A stretch of DNA of 64,000 nucleotides from a virus, in IMG/VR virus record IMGVR_UViG_3300017756_000001. One strand, 5' to 3'. Made by a program: the position numbers and the translations under genes. Position 1 is the first letter of the stretch, and every line of letters starts with the position of its first letter. Below the pieces are notes generated by a model that was not told the origin of the DNA, made no database searches, and worked only from the letters and a program-made list of their open reading frames with translations. Of the stretch, positions 27,268 to 36,374 are shown in pieces.

Positions 27268-28724
27268 GCCGGATAATCCCAATTTGTTATGAAGTTTGTT
27301 TTATGTACTGGACCCCATTGCCCTTCATGATAAATGTATGGTGCTGTCCTGATAGGACACTTATCACCCACACACAATAAATCATCAACAATTCTCCAAG
27401 ATTCTAAAACCTCTTCGGAATGAACAAAATGAGATTGATCGTTATGAAGAGCATCAAATAAAAGTTTTTCATAACCATCAACACCTAACCAATCAGGATA
27501 ACGATGAGTCAGAGTTGCTGTCTCCACATCATTTTTGAATCCCGGTGCCTTCATATCAATTCTGATATCAAAGTGTGGATGTGGTTGAAGACGCATTACG
27601 ATACGATCATTATATTCATGTCCATCAAACAATTGTTGAGGTGGTGCCTTAAGTTTGACGACAACTTCGACACATTGATATGGCATTTTCTTTCCACTCA
27701 TGAAGTGAAAAGGAACTCCCTCCCAACGCCAGTTATCGATATATAAATCACCAGCAATATAGGTAGCAGTGTCACTGAAAGAATCAACACCGTCTTCAGA
27801 TTTATAAGATTCATATTGACCAAAAATAACTTTATGTCCTAGTTTAGTTGCCGCAAGTACCTTCGTCTTCTCTCTACGGATCTCAGTGGCATTCATTTTA
27901 CATGGTGCTTCCATGGCAATTAATGCCAGAACCTGAAGCATATGGTTCTGAAGCATATCTCTGACAACACCAGAACCATCATAGTATTGTGAACGACCTT
28001 CACAACCAATTGTTTCTGTCGCATAGATCTGAACCTCTTCTATGTACTGCCGGTTCCAGAGTGGTTCAAGTAATGTATTGCTAAAACGAGTGGCAAGGAT
28101 ATTATTAACAGTATCTTTACCGAGATAATGATCAATGCGATAGACTTGTTTCTCGCGTAAATGTCGCTCCACCACTGACTGTAAATTATCAGCAGATTCA
28201 TAATCGTACCCAAAGGGTTTTTCAATAACCACACGCGATCTTTCTGGGTCATCTAAAAATCCTGCTGACTTAAGGTGAGTGATTGCACTAGCATAAGTAT
28301 TTGGTGGTACAGATAAGAAATATGTGGTGTCAGCACTCTGATCATGCAATTTCATTAGACTTTCTTCACATTCCAAATCACAAGATACAAAATCCAACCA
28401 ATGGCAAAAATCTTGTGGGTATTCACCTAAATGACGTAACCATTCATCTCTAGAAATTTCTCTGCGAGAAGAACCAACGATCAATAATCCTTCAGGAAGT
28501 AAATTTTTTTTCCATAACTCATAGAGTGAAGGAATAAGTTTTCTTTTACAAAGATCTCCTGCCGCTCCAAATATAACTATGCGTTTACTAATGTGCTGTT
28601 CCATTTCCATCGTATTTGTCGGATTCATAATAGACATTTTCACCTTTTCGTAACCCGAAATATATAGTGGATAATACAAACGGGATGGCCAACCATTTAA
28701 GTGCTTCACCAAACATTTTCCCAA
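27264..28724 (-). CDS. zwf: Glucose-6-phosphate 1-dehydrogenase (start probably internal)
   Basis: IVIFGAAGDLCKRKLIPSLYEL ... RVVIEKPFGYD ... YRIDHYLGKDTVNNILATRFSN. Confidence 0.96.
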   Translation of the reverse strand: MGKCLVKHLNGWPSRLYYPLYISGYEKVKMSIMNPTNTMEMEQHISKRIVIFGAAGDLCKRKLIPSLYELWKKNLLPEGLLIVGSSRREISRDEWLRHLGEYPQDFCHWLDFVSCDLECEESLMKLHDQSADTTYFLSVPPNTYASAITHLKSAGFLDDPERSRVVIEKPFGYDYESADNLQSVVERHLREKQVYRIDHYLGKDTVNNILATRFSNTLLEPLWNRQYIEEVQIYATETIGCEGRSQYYDGSGVVRDMLQNHMLQVLALIAMEAPCKMNATEIRREKTKVLAATKLGHKVIFGQYESYKSEDGVDSFSDTATYIAGDLYIDNWRWEGVPFHFMSGKKMPYQCVEVVVKLKAPPQQLFDGHEYNDRIVMRLQPHPHFDIRIDMKAPGFKNDVETATLTHRYPDWLGVDGYEKLLFDALHNDQSHFVHSEEVLESWRIVDDLLCVGDKCPIRTAPYIYHEGQWGPVHKTNFITNWDYPA

Positions 28725-28781
28725 CCTTTATTACAGTGTTGACATCCTTTACCACCACATTTGCGGCAGATCCAATAGATT

Positions 28782-29819
28782 TTATCGGACATTGTGACCT
28801 CCAAACATATATCGCATTCCGTTTAAGATTTTATTTCCAAATTCTCCAAGTCTCCTTGAATTGAATCTTTCAAATAGGGCAGCAGATATAACAGGGGTTG
28901 GTACACCGAGATCCACAGCAGCGTGAAGAGTCCAACGACCTTCACCACTATCTGATACTCCTCCATCGAATTTGCTAAGGTGATTATCGTGCCGTAATAC
29001 ATCAGCGGTAAGATCAAGTAACCAACTGCCAACAACAGAACCGCGACGCCAAAGCTCAGCCACCTCAACAACATCAATATCATATTGATAATCTGCCGGG
29101 TTTTCCATCGGAGCAATCTCAGCATCCCCTTCCTTAACATATTTGGAACCAAGATCACCATGATGGAGAATATTAAACCCTTCGGCATACGCTTGCATGA
29201 TTCCATATTCAACTCCATTATGAACCATTTTTACAAAATGGCCTGCACCTGGTCCACCACAGTGTAACCAACCATACTCAGCAGATGTTGCGTTTGTGTA
29301 AGGGTCAGTGCGGGGTGCAGAGGCAATGCCAGGTGCCAGTGCCCTGAAAATGGGGGCACAGACAGATACTGCGCCACTTGCACCACCAACCATAAGACAG
29401 TATCCACGCTCCAAACCGTAAACTCCACCACTAGTACCACAGTCAATATATTGGATGCCCAACTTTTCCAACCTTTCTGCTCTCCGTCGAGAATCTTTAA
29501 AGTTGCTATTGCCATGGTCAATAATAATATCCCCGTCGCCAAGTAATGGTAGTAACTCATTAAGTGTGTCCTCTACTAATTCTGCTGGAATAACAAGTTG
29601 AAAGATACCTGGTGCTTTACCAATAATACCTTCCTGATTATGAACTACTTGAACAAGGTTTTCCAAAGAAGTGGCAACTCCACTGACATAACCCTTTTCA
29701 TATGCTTCTTGAGCTTTTTCATAGTTTCTCCTATATCCCCAAGTTTCAATACCTGCTTTCATCATGCGGCGAGACATGCCCTCACCCATTCTACCAAGTC
29801 CTATAATTCCTACTTTCAT
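28782..29819 (-). CDS. gnd: 6-phosphogluconate dehydrogenase, decarboxylating
   Basis: VGIIGLGRMGEGMSRRM ... YIDCGTSGGVYGLERGYCLMVGG ... HCGGPGAGHFVKMVHNGVEYG. Confidence 0.96.
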   Translation of the reverse strand: MKVGIIGLGRMGEGMSRRMMKAGIETWGYRRNYEKAQEAYEKGYVSGVATSLENLVQVVHNQEGIIGKAPGIFQLVIPAELVEDTLNELLPLLGDGDIIIDHGNSNFKDSRRRAERLEKLGIQYIDCGTSGGVYGLERGYCLMVGGASGAVSVCAPIFRALAPGIASAPRTDPYTNATSAEYGWLHCGGPGAGHFVKMVHNGVEYGIMQAYAEGFNILHHGDLGSKYVKEGDAEIAPMENPADYQYDIDVVEVAELWRRGSVVGSWLLDLTADVLRHDNHLSKFDGGVSDSGEGRWTLHAAVDLGVPTPVISAALFERFNSRRLGEFGNKILNGMRYMFGGHNVR

Positions 29820-30319
29820 TTAATAATTTCCATTGCTTTATGTAGTTCTCTTGAATGCTCAAGTTCATCATTTAAGATCTCAAGGATCTTGTCATCATGA
29901 CCATTGAGTGCCAAATATTTTCCATATGTTTCTGCTGCATGAATCTCTACTTCATAGGAGAGATGGTAAGCAGAGCGAGGATCCACCCAATAATAAACCA
30001 CGTTGACCCAATAGTAGATAAGTACAAGGTGTCGGGCAAAAAAACGATCCACCCAATAAGAATTGCCACCCCTAGATTCCATATACTCCAGATGTTCTGT
30101 CTCGTTAAGTGTTTGAGCAAAATGTTCCTCCATTAGATAGATGTGTTCTGGTCCACGTAATCCTAGAGATTCTCTTAAATGTAAGACACTTAAAAATGCA
30201 AAATAAGGAGCTCTTGCTATTTCTTCAAGAACCCAAAAACGTTGAAAGTCTCTTCCTTTATAAAGAAAATCTATAATTGAAACAGTGATATCTAAAATAA
30301 TTGAATTAAAACTTTTCAT
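29816..30319 (-). CDS. ptox: Plastoquinol terminal oxidase / alternative oxidase-like
   Basis: RFWVLEEIARAPYFAFLSVLHLRESLG ... HYMEEHFAQTLNETEHLEYME-type EExxH motifs ... YEVEIHAAETYGKYL ... DELEHSRELHKAM. Confidence 0.85.
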   Translation of the reverse strand: MKSFNSIILDITVSIIDFLYKGRDFQRFWVLEEIARAPYFAFLSVLHLRESLGLRGPEHIYLMEEHFAQTLNETEHLEYMESRGGNSYWVDRFFARHLVLIYYWVNVVYYWVDPRSAYHLSYEVEIHAAETYGKYLALNGHDDKILEILNDELEHSRELHKAMEIIK

Positions 30320-30329
30320 TTTAATTACC

Positions 30330-30623
30330 TCAGTAAAGATGTTCCTCCTGTTCTGCCAACACTACACAATCACTTGTTGGATATGATACACATGTTAAGA
30401 TAAATCCCTCTTCTATTTGATCATCATCAAGAAAAGATTGCTCCTCCTGATCCACCGTTCCACTTTCAAGTTTACCGGCACATGTAGAACAAGCACCTGC
30501 CTTGCATGAAGACGGTGCATCAATATCAGCATCTTCGGCAGCTTCTAAAAGATATTGATCATCCGCACATTGAAAAGTGGTTTCTGTGCCGTCAGATGAT
30601 TTCCATGTAATTGTATAATCCAT
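30330..30623 (-). CDS. petF: Plant-type [2Fe-2S] ferredoxin
   Basis: [43 protein letters not shown]. Confidence 0.95.
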   Translation of the reverse strand: MDYTITWKSSDGTETTFQCADDQYLLEAAEDADIDAPSSCKAGACSTCAGKLESGTVDQEEQSFLDDDQIEEGFILTCVSYPTSDCVVLAEQEEHLY

Positions 30624-30631
30624 TTATTACC

Positions 30632-30955
30632 TCAATTAACGTGTACTGTTCCAATCATGCCCGCACCTTTATGAGGGGCACACCAATAAGTATAGTCACC
30701 AGGATCAGAAAATGCAATATCAAACTCTTCACCAGGTAACATTGCCAGGGATTCGTGACCTAAATCGGGACGACCTTCAACAATAACATTATGTGGAGGA
30801 AGCATACCATTTACAAAATGAACTGATTCACCGACGTTAATAGTTACTTCGGCAGGATCAAATACAAGATTACCCCCAGATCCCATGGTTACATCGACTG
30901 CCCATGCCGGAGCAGCAAGAAATAATGTAGCGAGAAGTGCAAAAAAGAACTTCAT
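30632..30955 (-). CDS. petE: Plastocyanin
   Basis: Signal peptide; FVNGMLPPHNVIVEG ... DYTYWCAPHKGAGMIGTVHV copper site. Confidence 0.93.
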   Translation of the reverse strand: MKFFFALLATLFLAAPAWAVDVTMGSGGNLVFDPAEVTINVGESVHFVNGMLPPHNVIVEGRPDLGHESLAMLPGEEFDIAFSDPGDYTYWCAPHKGAGMIGTVHVN

Positions 30956-31013
30956 ATTCGTTAACTCGACTACACTATCTAGTTACTTTTTACTAGATAT
31001 AACTTCCTATTTG

Positions 31014-31643
31014 TTAGCAACCACTGACAGATTTTGCGACCTCTCCACCAAGATCACCTCCAACTTTAGAACCTAACATAGTTGCCCAACCGGCAGCTAA
31101 CCATCCAATATAAGGTATACCACTCAACACTGGAGCAAGACCACCAGTCATACTAGCTCCCACGATCGCACCGGTTGACTCTCCAGAACCTTCCGACTTG
31201 ATACACGCTAACTTTTCGGCAGTCAACTTTCCCTCAGAGTCTGGTCCTCCATTTGATTCATTAAACATTGTATATTCTTTTCGGGTAGACTCAGTTTTAT
31301 CTACACTCTGAGTTCCACCAAAAAATCCTTTTTTATGACTTTCTAGATCTAAATTCTTTTCAGTAACTAATACCTTGGGATCATTAGCATTATATCTAAC
31401 TTCATATCCATCTTTCCCAACTTTTACATCATAAGAAGAGTACTGCCCGGTAGGAAGATTAATTGCAGGATATTGTGGACGATCAGCATATTTTTCAGTC
31501 ATCTTCATCAAATGACCAAGAGCACCAATATGTGCAATTGCAACCAAACCACCCACACCAAGAAGAACCCACTTAAATGGATTCTTAGTTGATGTAGGTG
31601 TTTCTATTTTTTGGTCTTTCATGTGATCAGGAGTCCAAGACAT
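31014..31643 (-). CDS. Hypothetical membrane protein
   Basis: 209 aa, N-terminal TM and C-terminal Gly-rich hydrophobic region. Confidence 0.6.
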   Translation of the reverse strand: MSWTPDHMKDQKIETPTSTKNPFKWVLLGVGGLVAIAHIGALGHLMKMTEKYADRPQYPAINLPTGQYSSYDVKVGKDGYEVRYNANDPKVLVTEKNLDLESHKKGFFGGTQSVDKTESTRKEYTMFNESNGGPDSEGKLTAEKLACIKSEGSGESTGAIVGASMTGGLAPVLSGIPYIGWLAAGWATMLGSKVGGDLGGEVAKSVSGC

Positions 31644-31646
31644 TGC

Positions 31647-31949
31647 TTACTTTTTGGGTTCGATAGCAGATACTACCGGTAATTCTTCTTTCTTAGAAGT
31701 ATTATTTGGTTTACCATTACCACCATTTTTAGCAGGAGAAAGTCCGAACGCAGCTAAAGATCCAGAAAATACAGATGCAATAAATGTTGGATCAAAATCT
31801 AAAATCTTTTGACCATTTGGAAGTCGAACGTAACTGAATGTGAGAAGAGAGGCAGACCAAATAAGCACTACGACTTTCACCAAATTACCAAGAACTTCAG
31901 ATTTATCATCATCGTCTGCCTTCTCTACTGCTGGTTTAGTATCAGCCAT
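31647..31949 (-). CDS. Hypothetical membrane protein
   Basis: 100 aa, TM segment. Confidence 0.55.
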   Translation of the reverse strand: MADTKPAVEKADDDDKSEVLGNLVKVVVLIWSASLLTFSYVRLPNGQKILDFDPTFIASVFSGSLAAFGLSPAKNGGNGKPNNTSKKEELPVVSAIEPKK

Positions 31950-31969
31950 ATGTAGAGAGTAAGGCAGAA

Positions 31970-32674
31970 TTATTTAGTAATATAACCCTCGTCAATAAGG
32001 TACTTTCGAGTCAGTGGTGTTGGTTCATAAACTTCCCACATCTTTCCCTTTGCACAGGCAGCAAGTGCATCTTTAGTCATACCCTCAGTGCGTCCTGCCC
32101 AACCTGCTTCTGCTTCCCAAGGAACTGCATGTTCGGGATATGTTCTTTCTGCCAATACACGCCAAATCATAGGCACATCTTCTTCAGGTTTGATGATAGC
32201 AATAAGACTATTATCAATAGTTCCTGCCATACAATCCTGTGCGGCGTGCCATCCTTCATGTCGCATCACTTGCATAAGAATATTAGGACGATCCATGTAT
32301 TCTCGATTTAAAAAGAAATTATTTCCCACCGTATGATAAACACCACGATGACCAACAGGAAAATACTTGGAGTCTGCTAAAAACACCCCAACTCCGACTT
32401 GCCTAAGAGAGACAAGCATATTGTTGAATTCATTAGCAACAGGATAAAAATCGTCAGTATTGGAATACTCACTAGAAATATCCAAAAGATTAGTAACTTG
32501 TTTGACTCCATCTGCACATTCCTTTAGTAACATACACCCCATAGAATGATGAGTATTATATTCATTTTCTTGGAGAGGGTCTGAATGGACAGGTAGGGCA
32601 ACCGCTGCCGCAGCAACCAGGGACGCAATAATTTTTTTCATACAAACTACCCCCTTCCATTTCCCGAATTCCAA
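31970..32674 (-). CDS. Hypothetical exported protein
   Basis: 234 aa with signal peptide (MKKIIASLVAAAAVALPVHSDPLQ) internal to the listed start; VMRHEGWHAAQDCMAG. Confidence 0.6.
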   Translation of the reverse strand: MEFGKWKGVVCMKKIIASLVAAAAVALPVHSDPLQENEYNTHHSMGCMLLKECADGVKQVTNLLDISSEYSNTDDFYPVANEFNNMLVSLRQVGVGVFLADSKYFPVGHRGVYHTVGNNFFLNREYMDRPNILMQVMRHEGWHAAQDCMAGTIDNSLIAIIKPEEDVPMIWRVLAERTYPEHAVPWEAEAGWAGRTEGMTKDALAACAKGKMWEVYEPTPLTRKYLIDEGYITK

Positions 32675-33132
32675 CCACCAGGTCCTGAATGAAAATTTTC
32701 TGAACCTCCAGAATAATCATAATCTAAAGTTACATCATGATTTTGAGTTGCAATTTCATACATTTTTTGATGAATATCTTCCGATTCAACGAAAAAATTA
32801 TTTTCAAACTCTTGACGTTTCATTTTAATTTCTTGTTCCATATAATCAATTTGTTTTTGTGTTCTTGGTGGTGCTGGTCCAAACCATTCATCATCTTTAA
32901 GATATACAGGTGCCGGAGTTCCCGTATAATAATTCAGTGCATCTTGTTTAAATGCCTCACCTGCACAGTCAACTATATTTTTATCGATGGCACACTCAAT
33001 ATCTTTTTTATCGATAACATCAGGCCAATTGATACTAGTTGCTTGTTTTCTTCTAAAAATACCCATTGATTCTTTAAGTTTTTGAATAATCATTGCCAGT
33101 GATAGTGATAGAAGTTTCCTTTGGGGTGACAC
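32647..33132 (-). CDS. Hypothetical protein
   Basis: 161-aa ORF. Confidence 0.5.
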   Translation of the reverse strand: MSPQRKLLSLSLAMIIQKLKESMGIFRRKQATSINWPDVIDKKDIECAIDKNIVDCAGEAFKQDALNYYTGTPAPVYLKDDEWFGPAPPRTQKQIDYMEQEIKMKRQEFENNFFVESEDIHQKMYEIATQNHDVTLDYDYSGGSENFHSGPGGWNSGNGRG

Positions 33133-33485
33133 ATGGGATCTTCGGATGGTATTCGATATCCCAACATAGATTGTCCTTTAAAATCTGTTCTTCCATTTAG
33201 AACTCTTGACCAATAGGCAATACTGTTATTACCATTTGGAGAACTTAGTTTGTTGATTAATCTAGGATCTGGAACTATGTATGAATTAAAATCAAATCCT
33301 TGATATTGTCCCGGAGCAAATACTACTCCAGAAATAGTATTCGGAAATCTATCAGACAAAACACGATTCAAAACAGAAGCAGCTACACAATATTCATCAG
33401 CAGAGTTTGGATGTGCTTCTACCTGAACTACCATTGCCAAATTTTTGTAATCAACAAGTGTAAGTGCGGCAAGAAGTTCTAACAT
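33090..33485 (-). CDS. SleB-like cell wall hydrolase
   Basis: LAMVVQVEAHPNSADEYCVAASVLNRVLSDRFPNTISGVVFAPGQYQGF. Confidence 0.7.
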   Translation of the reverse strand: MLELLAALTLVDYKNLAMVVQVEAHPNSADEYCVAASVLNRVLSDRFPNTISGVVFAPGQYQGFDFNSYIVPDPRLINKLSSPNGNNSIAYWSRVLNGRTDFKGQSMLGYRIPSEDPMCHPKGNFYHYHWQ

Positions 33486-33488
33486 AAA

Positions 33489-33770
33489 TCAATCTTCTCC
33501 AAGATATTCTAGTGAAAAAATTTCATGGTCTTTGACATCCGGATCTAACCATTCATCAAACTCCATTCTAAGGGAATGTGCATCTTCAACTGATTTTAAC
33601 ACGTCATCAGTCTCACTATCACAGAGAACGTGCAGTCTATCAACTGTCCATTCATGTACTTTCTGCAGAGTGTCCTCTAAAGTTACCATAGTCTTTTCGC
33701 ATGTAGCGTCCAAGAATATTGCTATTATAGTACGCTGGGGCACCATTGTCAAGAGATTCAGATAAAACAT
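33489..33770 (-). CDS. Hypothetical protein
   Basis: 93-aa ORF. Confidence 0.45.
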   Translation of the reverse strand: MFYLNLLTMVPQRTIIAIFLDATCEKTMVTLEDTLQKVHEWTVDRLHVLCDSETDDVLKSVEDAHSLRMEFDEWLDPDVKDHEIFSLEYLGED

Positions 33771-34104
33771 TATTTAAAAATAATTGTTTAGTCTCTTCAT
33801 AATTACAAGTTCCCTTTGTTTTATGTAGACTCAATATTTCTCTACTGAAGTTCTCTTTTCCATATTTTTTGATATCGTCTTTTAATTCAGGACAAGAACC
33901 ATAATACTTTTTCCAATCTGATTCTTGTTTTACTTTTCTTTTCTTTCCAGGAGGTTTTCTAAAAGACCAAAAATACTTTCTCCCAATGTACTGTCGTTTG
34001 TTCGACTTATTGGTAATGAGATACACAAAACCAAAAAAGTCCCGAACATCGTCCCCAGTAAAAGGTCTCTCCAAATATATCCATGGGTTTTCATATGAAT
34101 CCAT
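33652..34104 (-). CDS. Putative GIY-YIG-like endonuclease
   Basis: FGFVYLITNKSNKRQYIGRKYFWSFRKP resembles the GIY-YIG N-terminal motif. Confidence 0.5.
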   Translation of the reverse strand: MDSYENPWIYLERPFTGDDVRDFFGFVYLITNKSNKRQYIGRKYFWSFRKPPGKKRKVKQESDWKKYYGSCPELKDDIKKYGKENFSREILSLHKTKGTCNYEETKQLFLNNVLSESLDNGAPAYYNSNILGRYMRKDYGNFRGHSAEST

Positions 34105-34152
34105 TCATGTTATTCAAGCTCTTATTATATATCCATCAACCCTAACAAAGAT

Positions 34153-34181
34153 ATTCTAGACAAAAAAAGAGAGGGTGTCAA
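34153..34181 (-). promoter_or_regulatory. Promoter with TTGACA inside a terminator loop
   Basis: TTGACA (34176-34181), 17 nt, TAGAAT (34153-34158). Confidence 0.6.
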
Positions 34182-34189
34182 GCCCTCTC
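34162..34189 (-). terminator. Rho-independent terminator after 34200..35045
   Basis: GAGAGGG-CTTGACA-CCCTCTC followed by TTTTTTT on minus strand. Confidence 0.8.
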
Positions 34190-34199
34190 AAGAATTATG

Positions 34200-35045
34200 T
34201 CAGTCCTTTGGCATCTTTGCCCCAGACTTATGTCTAGTAGTGCCTGCAGAATCAACATATGTTTCTCTCTCCTTTCTAGGAGATACATAACCAACTCCAG
34301 GAACTACACCAGTCTTACCAGCAGATCTGGCAGCATTTCTGTCTGCTGCTCTCTGTGCCGCTCTCTTACGATTACGATCATAAGAACTCATTGCCTCTTC
34401 TATGGCAGCAATTTCCTTCTCAGAGAACTTACCAGTTGCCTTGAGTACCTCTACATCTTCACTCATTCTCTTAGCAACACCAGCTGCCTTGGAAGCAACT
34501 TTCTTTGCTGCTCTACCAATCATTCCCTTGATACCACTCTTGACCTTCTTCTCTACTCTTTCAGTGCCTCTCGCTGCTGCTTTTGCTGCCTTTCCAGGAG
34601 CACTCTTTACTGTGCTGGCAGCACCAGATACTGCTTTCTTGGCAGAACTAGCAGCAAGAGAAGCATCAACAGCAGCACCTGCTGCTTTACTCTTTGCCTT
34701 TGCCATTGCACCTTTAGCAGCAGTTCCTGCTTTACTGGCAGCACCTTTAAGAGCTTCTCCTGCCTTTCTCATTGCAAATCTTCTTCTGGCGCCTACAGGA
34801 GCACCAGACTTTCTCATAGGAGCAGTGTCACTACCAAAAGTTACTTTTGCTTCGTCAATGTAATCATTGGCAGCATCTTCAACAATGACGATAGCATCTT
34901 CTTCAGAATATCCTTCTGTAACTAATTCTTCAACTAGTTCATCGCAGATCTCATGTACGAGTTCTTCTTCAATAACTTCTTCTACCTGATTAAATTCTTC
35001 ACAAACTTTTTTAAATTCGGAGAATTGTTTTTGAGACAAGGACAT
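34200..35045 (-). CDS. Ala/Lys-rich phage protein, possibly structural
   Basis: 281 aa, repetitive KAASKAGTAAKGAMAKAKSKAAG... helices. Confidence 0.6.
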   Translation of the reverse strand: MSLSQKQFSEFKKVCEEFNQVEEVIEEELVHEICDELVEELVTEGYSEEDAIVIVEDAANDYIDEAKVTFGSDTAPMRKSGAPVGARRRFAMRKAGEALKGAASKAGTAAKGAMAKAKSKAAGAAVDASLAASSAKKAVSGAASTVKSAPGKAAKAAARGTERVEKKVKSGIKGMIGRAAKKVASKAAGVAKRMSEDVEVLKATGKFSEKEIAAIEEAMSSYDRNRKRAAQRAADRNAARSAGKTGVVPGVGYVSPRKERETYVDSAGTTRHKSGAKMPKD

Positions 35046-35072
35046 TTTTCTTATTCTGTATCCATATGAAAA

Positions 35073-35080
35073 TATTTATA
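35073..35080 (-). promoter_or_regulatory. T4-type late promoter motif
   Basis: TATAAATA on minus strand, 28 nt upstream of the 35045 start. Confidence 0.65.
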
Positions 35081-35104
35081 AAAAAAGAGGGACTACTCGT
35101 CCCC
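35080..35104 (-). terminator. Rho-independent terminator downstream of nrdB region
   Basis: GGGAC-GAGTA-GTCCC then CTTTTTTT on minus strand. Confidence 0.7.
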
Positions 35105-35344
35105 CTTGTATGCTTGATATCCATCATATTCACCGAACATATAGGAATCAGATAATGCTGCCTCTCTATATGCTCTCATACTATCAGAGACTAAATCCTG
35201 CGAAGGTATCTCCTTTGACATCTTGTTTAATTCCTCCAACAATGTAGGACTCGACTTCGGTTTCTTGTGGGGCAACCTGAAGACCTTTTGAAGATATCCA
35301 GTGCTCTGTCCAAGGAAGTGGATTATTCTTTGCGGCAATGTCAT
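35093..35344 (-). CDS. Hypothetical protein
   Basis: 83-aa ORF overlapping the nrdB 3' end; true start may be internal. Confidence 0.4.
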   Translation of the reverse strand: MTLPQRIIHFLGQSTGYLQKVFRLPHKKPKSSPTLLEELNKMSKEIPSQDLVSDSMRAYREAALSDSYMFGEYDGYQAYKGDE

Positions 35345-36374
35345 AGATCGGTTTTAATCCAATTGTCTTCATTCGACGGTTGGCAATCCATTCAACATAT
35401 TGCTGCAATAGTTTATCATTTAAACCAATCATAGAACCATCTTTAAACAAATACTCTGCCCAAAGTTTTTCTTGATTCACTGCATTTTCAAATGTGCGAA
35501 TTAACCAAGGTTCTTCCTCCTTGGCAATTTTTTGCATATCTGGGTCGTCACCGTTTCTCCACTTATTTAGAATGTTCTGAGTAATTACCAAGTGCTGATT
35601 TTCATCTCTTGCAATTAAGGAGATGATTTTTGCACTTCCCTCCATAAGTTTGAGTTCGCCAAATGCAAAACTACAAGCGAAACTGACATAAAAGCGAATA
35701 CCTTCAAGAATATTAACGTTTGCAATTGCTCTATAGAGTTTGCGTTTGAGTTCATATCTTGATTCTTGTGCATAGGTAACTTCTTCTAATGCGTACTTCC
35801 AATCATTACTACTGTCATAATGATGTGCAGAATTAATGAAGTCATTATATGCCTCAGTCACACTAGTGGCACGTTCAAGAATACGATCATCATTTAGAAT
35901 AGTATCAAATACTTCTGAAGGATCCGAATAAACATTCTTAATGAGATATGTATATGAACGACTGTGGATCATTTCCATGAATCCCCAGACTTCCATACAT
36001 GCTTCTAATTCAGGTAGTGAACAGTAAGGGATAAAAGCCATCCCAGGACCACGCCCTTGTACAGAATCCAGCATAATCTGATATTTAAGATTGCTGGTAA
36101 AAATGTGCTTTTGTTCAGGTCGTAGTGTCTGATAGTCTGCACGATCTTTTTGTAATGAAACTTCTTCAGGTCTCCAGAAGTATCCAAGTTGTTGAGTAGT
36201 CAGTTTATCAAAAACCGGATACTTATAAGAGTCATACCTTTGAATACCCAAAGGTTTTCCAAAAAACATTGGTTGCTTTTTTCTATCAACCTGTTCAGAA
36301 TTAAAGACGGTCATTTCAGTGACCGGTGTATTTTTGTTGTCCACAGAATCTGTTTTAAATTTTACAAGACTCAC
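35184..36374 (-). CDS. nrdB: Ribonucleotide reductase class I beta subunit
   Basis: MFFGKPLGIQRYD ... FTSNLKYQIMLDSVQGRGP ... EGIRFYVSFACSFAFGEL ... IARDENQHL. Confidence 0.95.
   Translation of the reverse strand: MSLVKFKTDSVDNKNTPVTEMTVFNSEQVDRKKQPMFFGKPLGIQRYDSYKYPVFDKLTTQQLGYFWRPEEVSLQKDRADYQTLRPEQKHIFTSNLKYQIMLDSVQGRGPGMAFIPYCSLPELEACMEVWGFMEMIHSRSYTYLIKNVYSDPSEVFDTILNDDRILERATSVTEAYNDFINSAHHYDSSNDWKYALEEVTYAQESRYELKRKLYRAIANVNILEGIRFYVSFACSFAFGELKLMEGSAKIISLIARDENQHLVITQNILNKWRNGDDPDMQKIAKEEEPWLIRTFENAVNQEKLWAEYLFKDGSMIGLNDKLLQQYVEWIANRRMKTIGLKPIYDIAAKNNPLPWTEHWISSKGLQVAPQETEVESYIVGGIKQDVKGDTFAGFSL

Noticed and set aside
31970-32674. HExxH-like metalloprotease call based on MRHEGWHAAQD
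   Set aside because: HEGWH does fit HEXXH, but no further family-specific sequence was recognised, so only a generic exported hypothetical protein is reported.
34197-34925. Long plus-strand ORFs (242 aa and 153 aa) opposite the Ala/Lys-rich gene
   Set aside because: Low-complexity Cys/Ser or Ala/Leu-rich translations are mirror products of the GC-biased repetitive coding sequence of 34200..35045 (minus).
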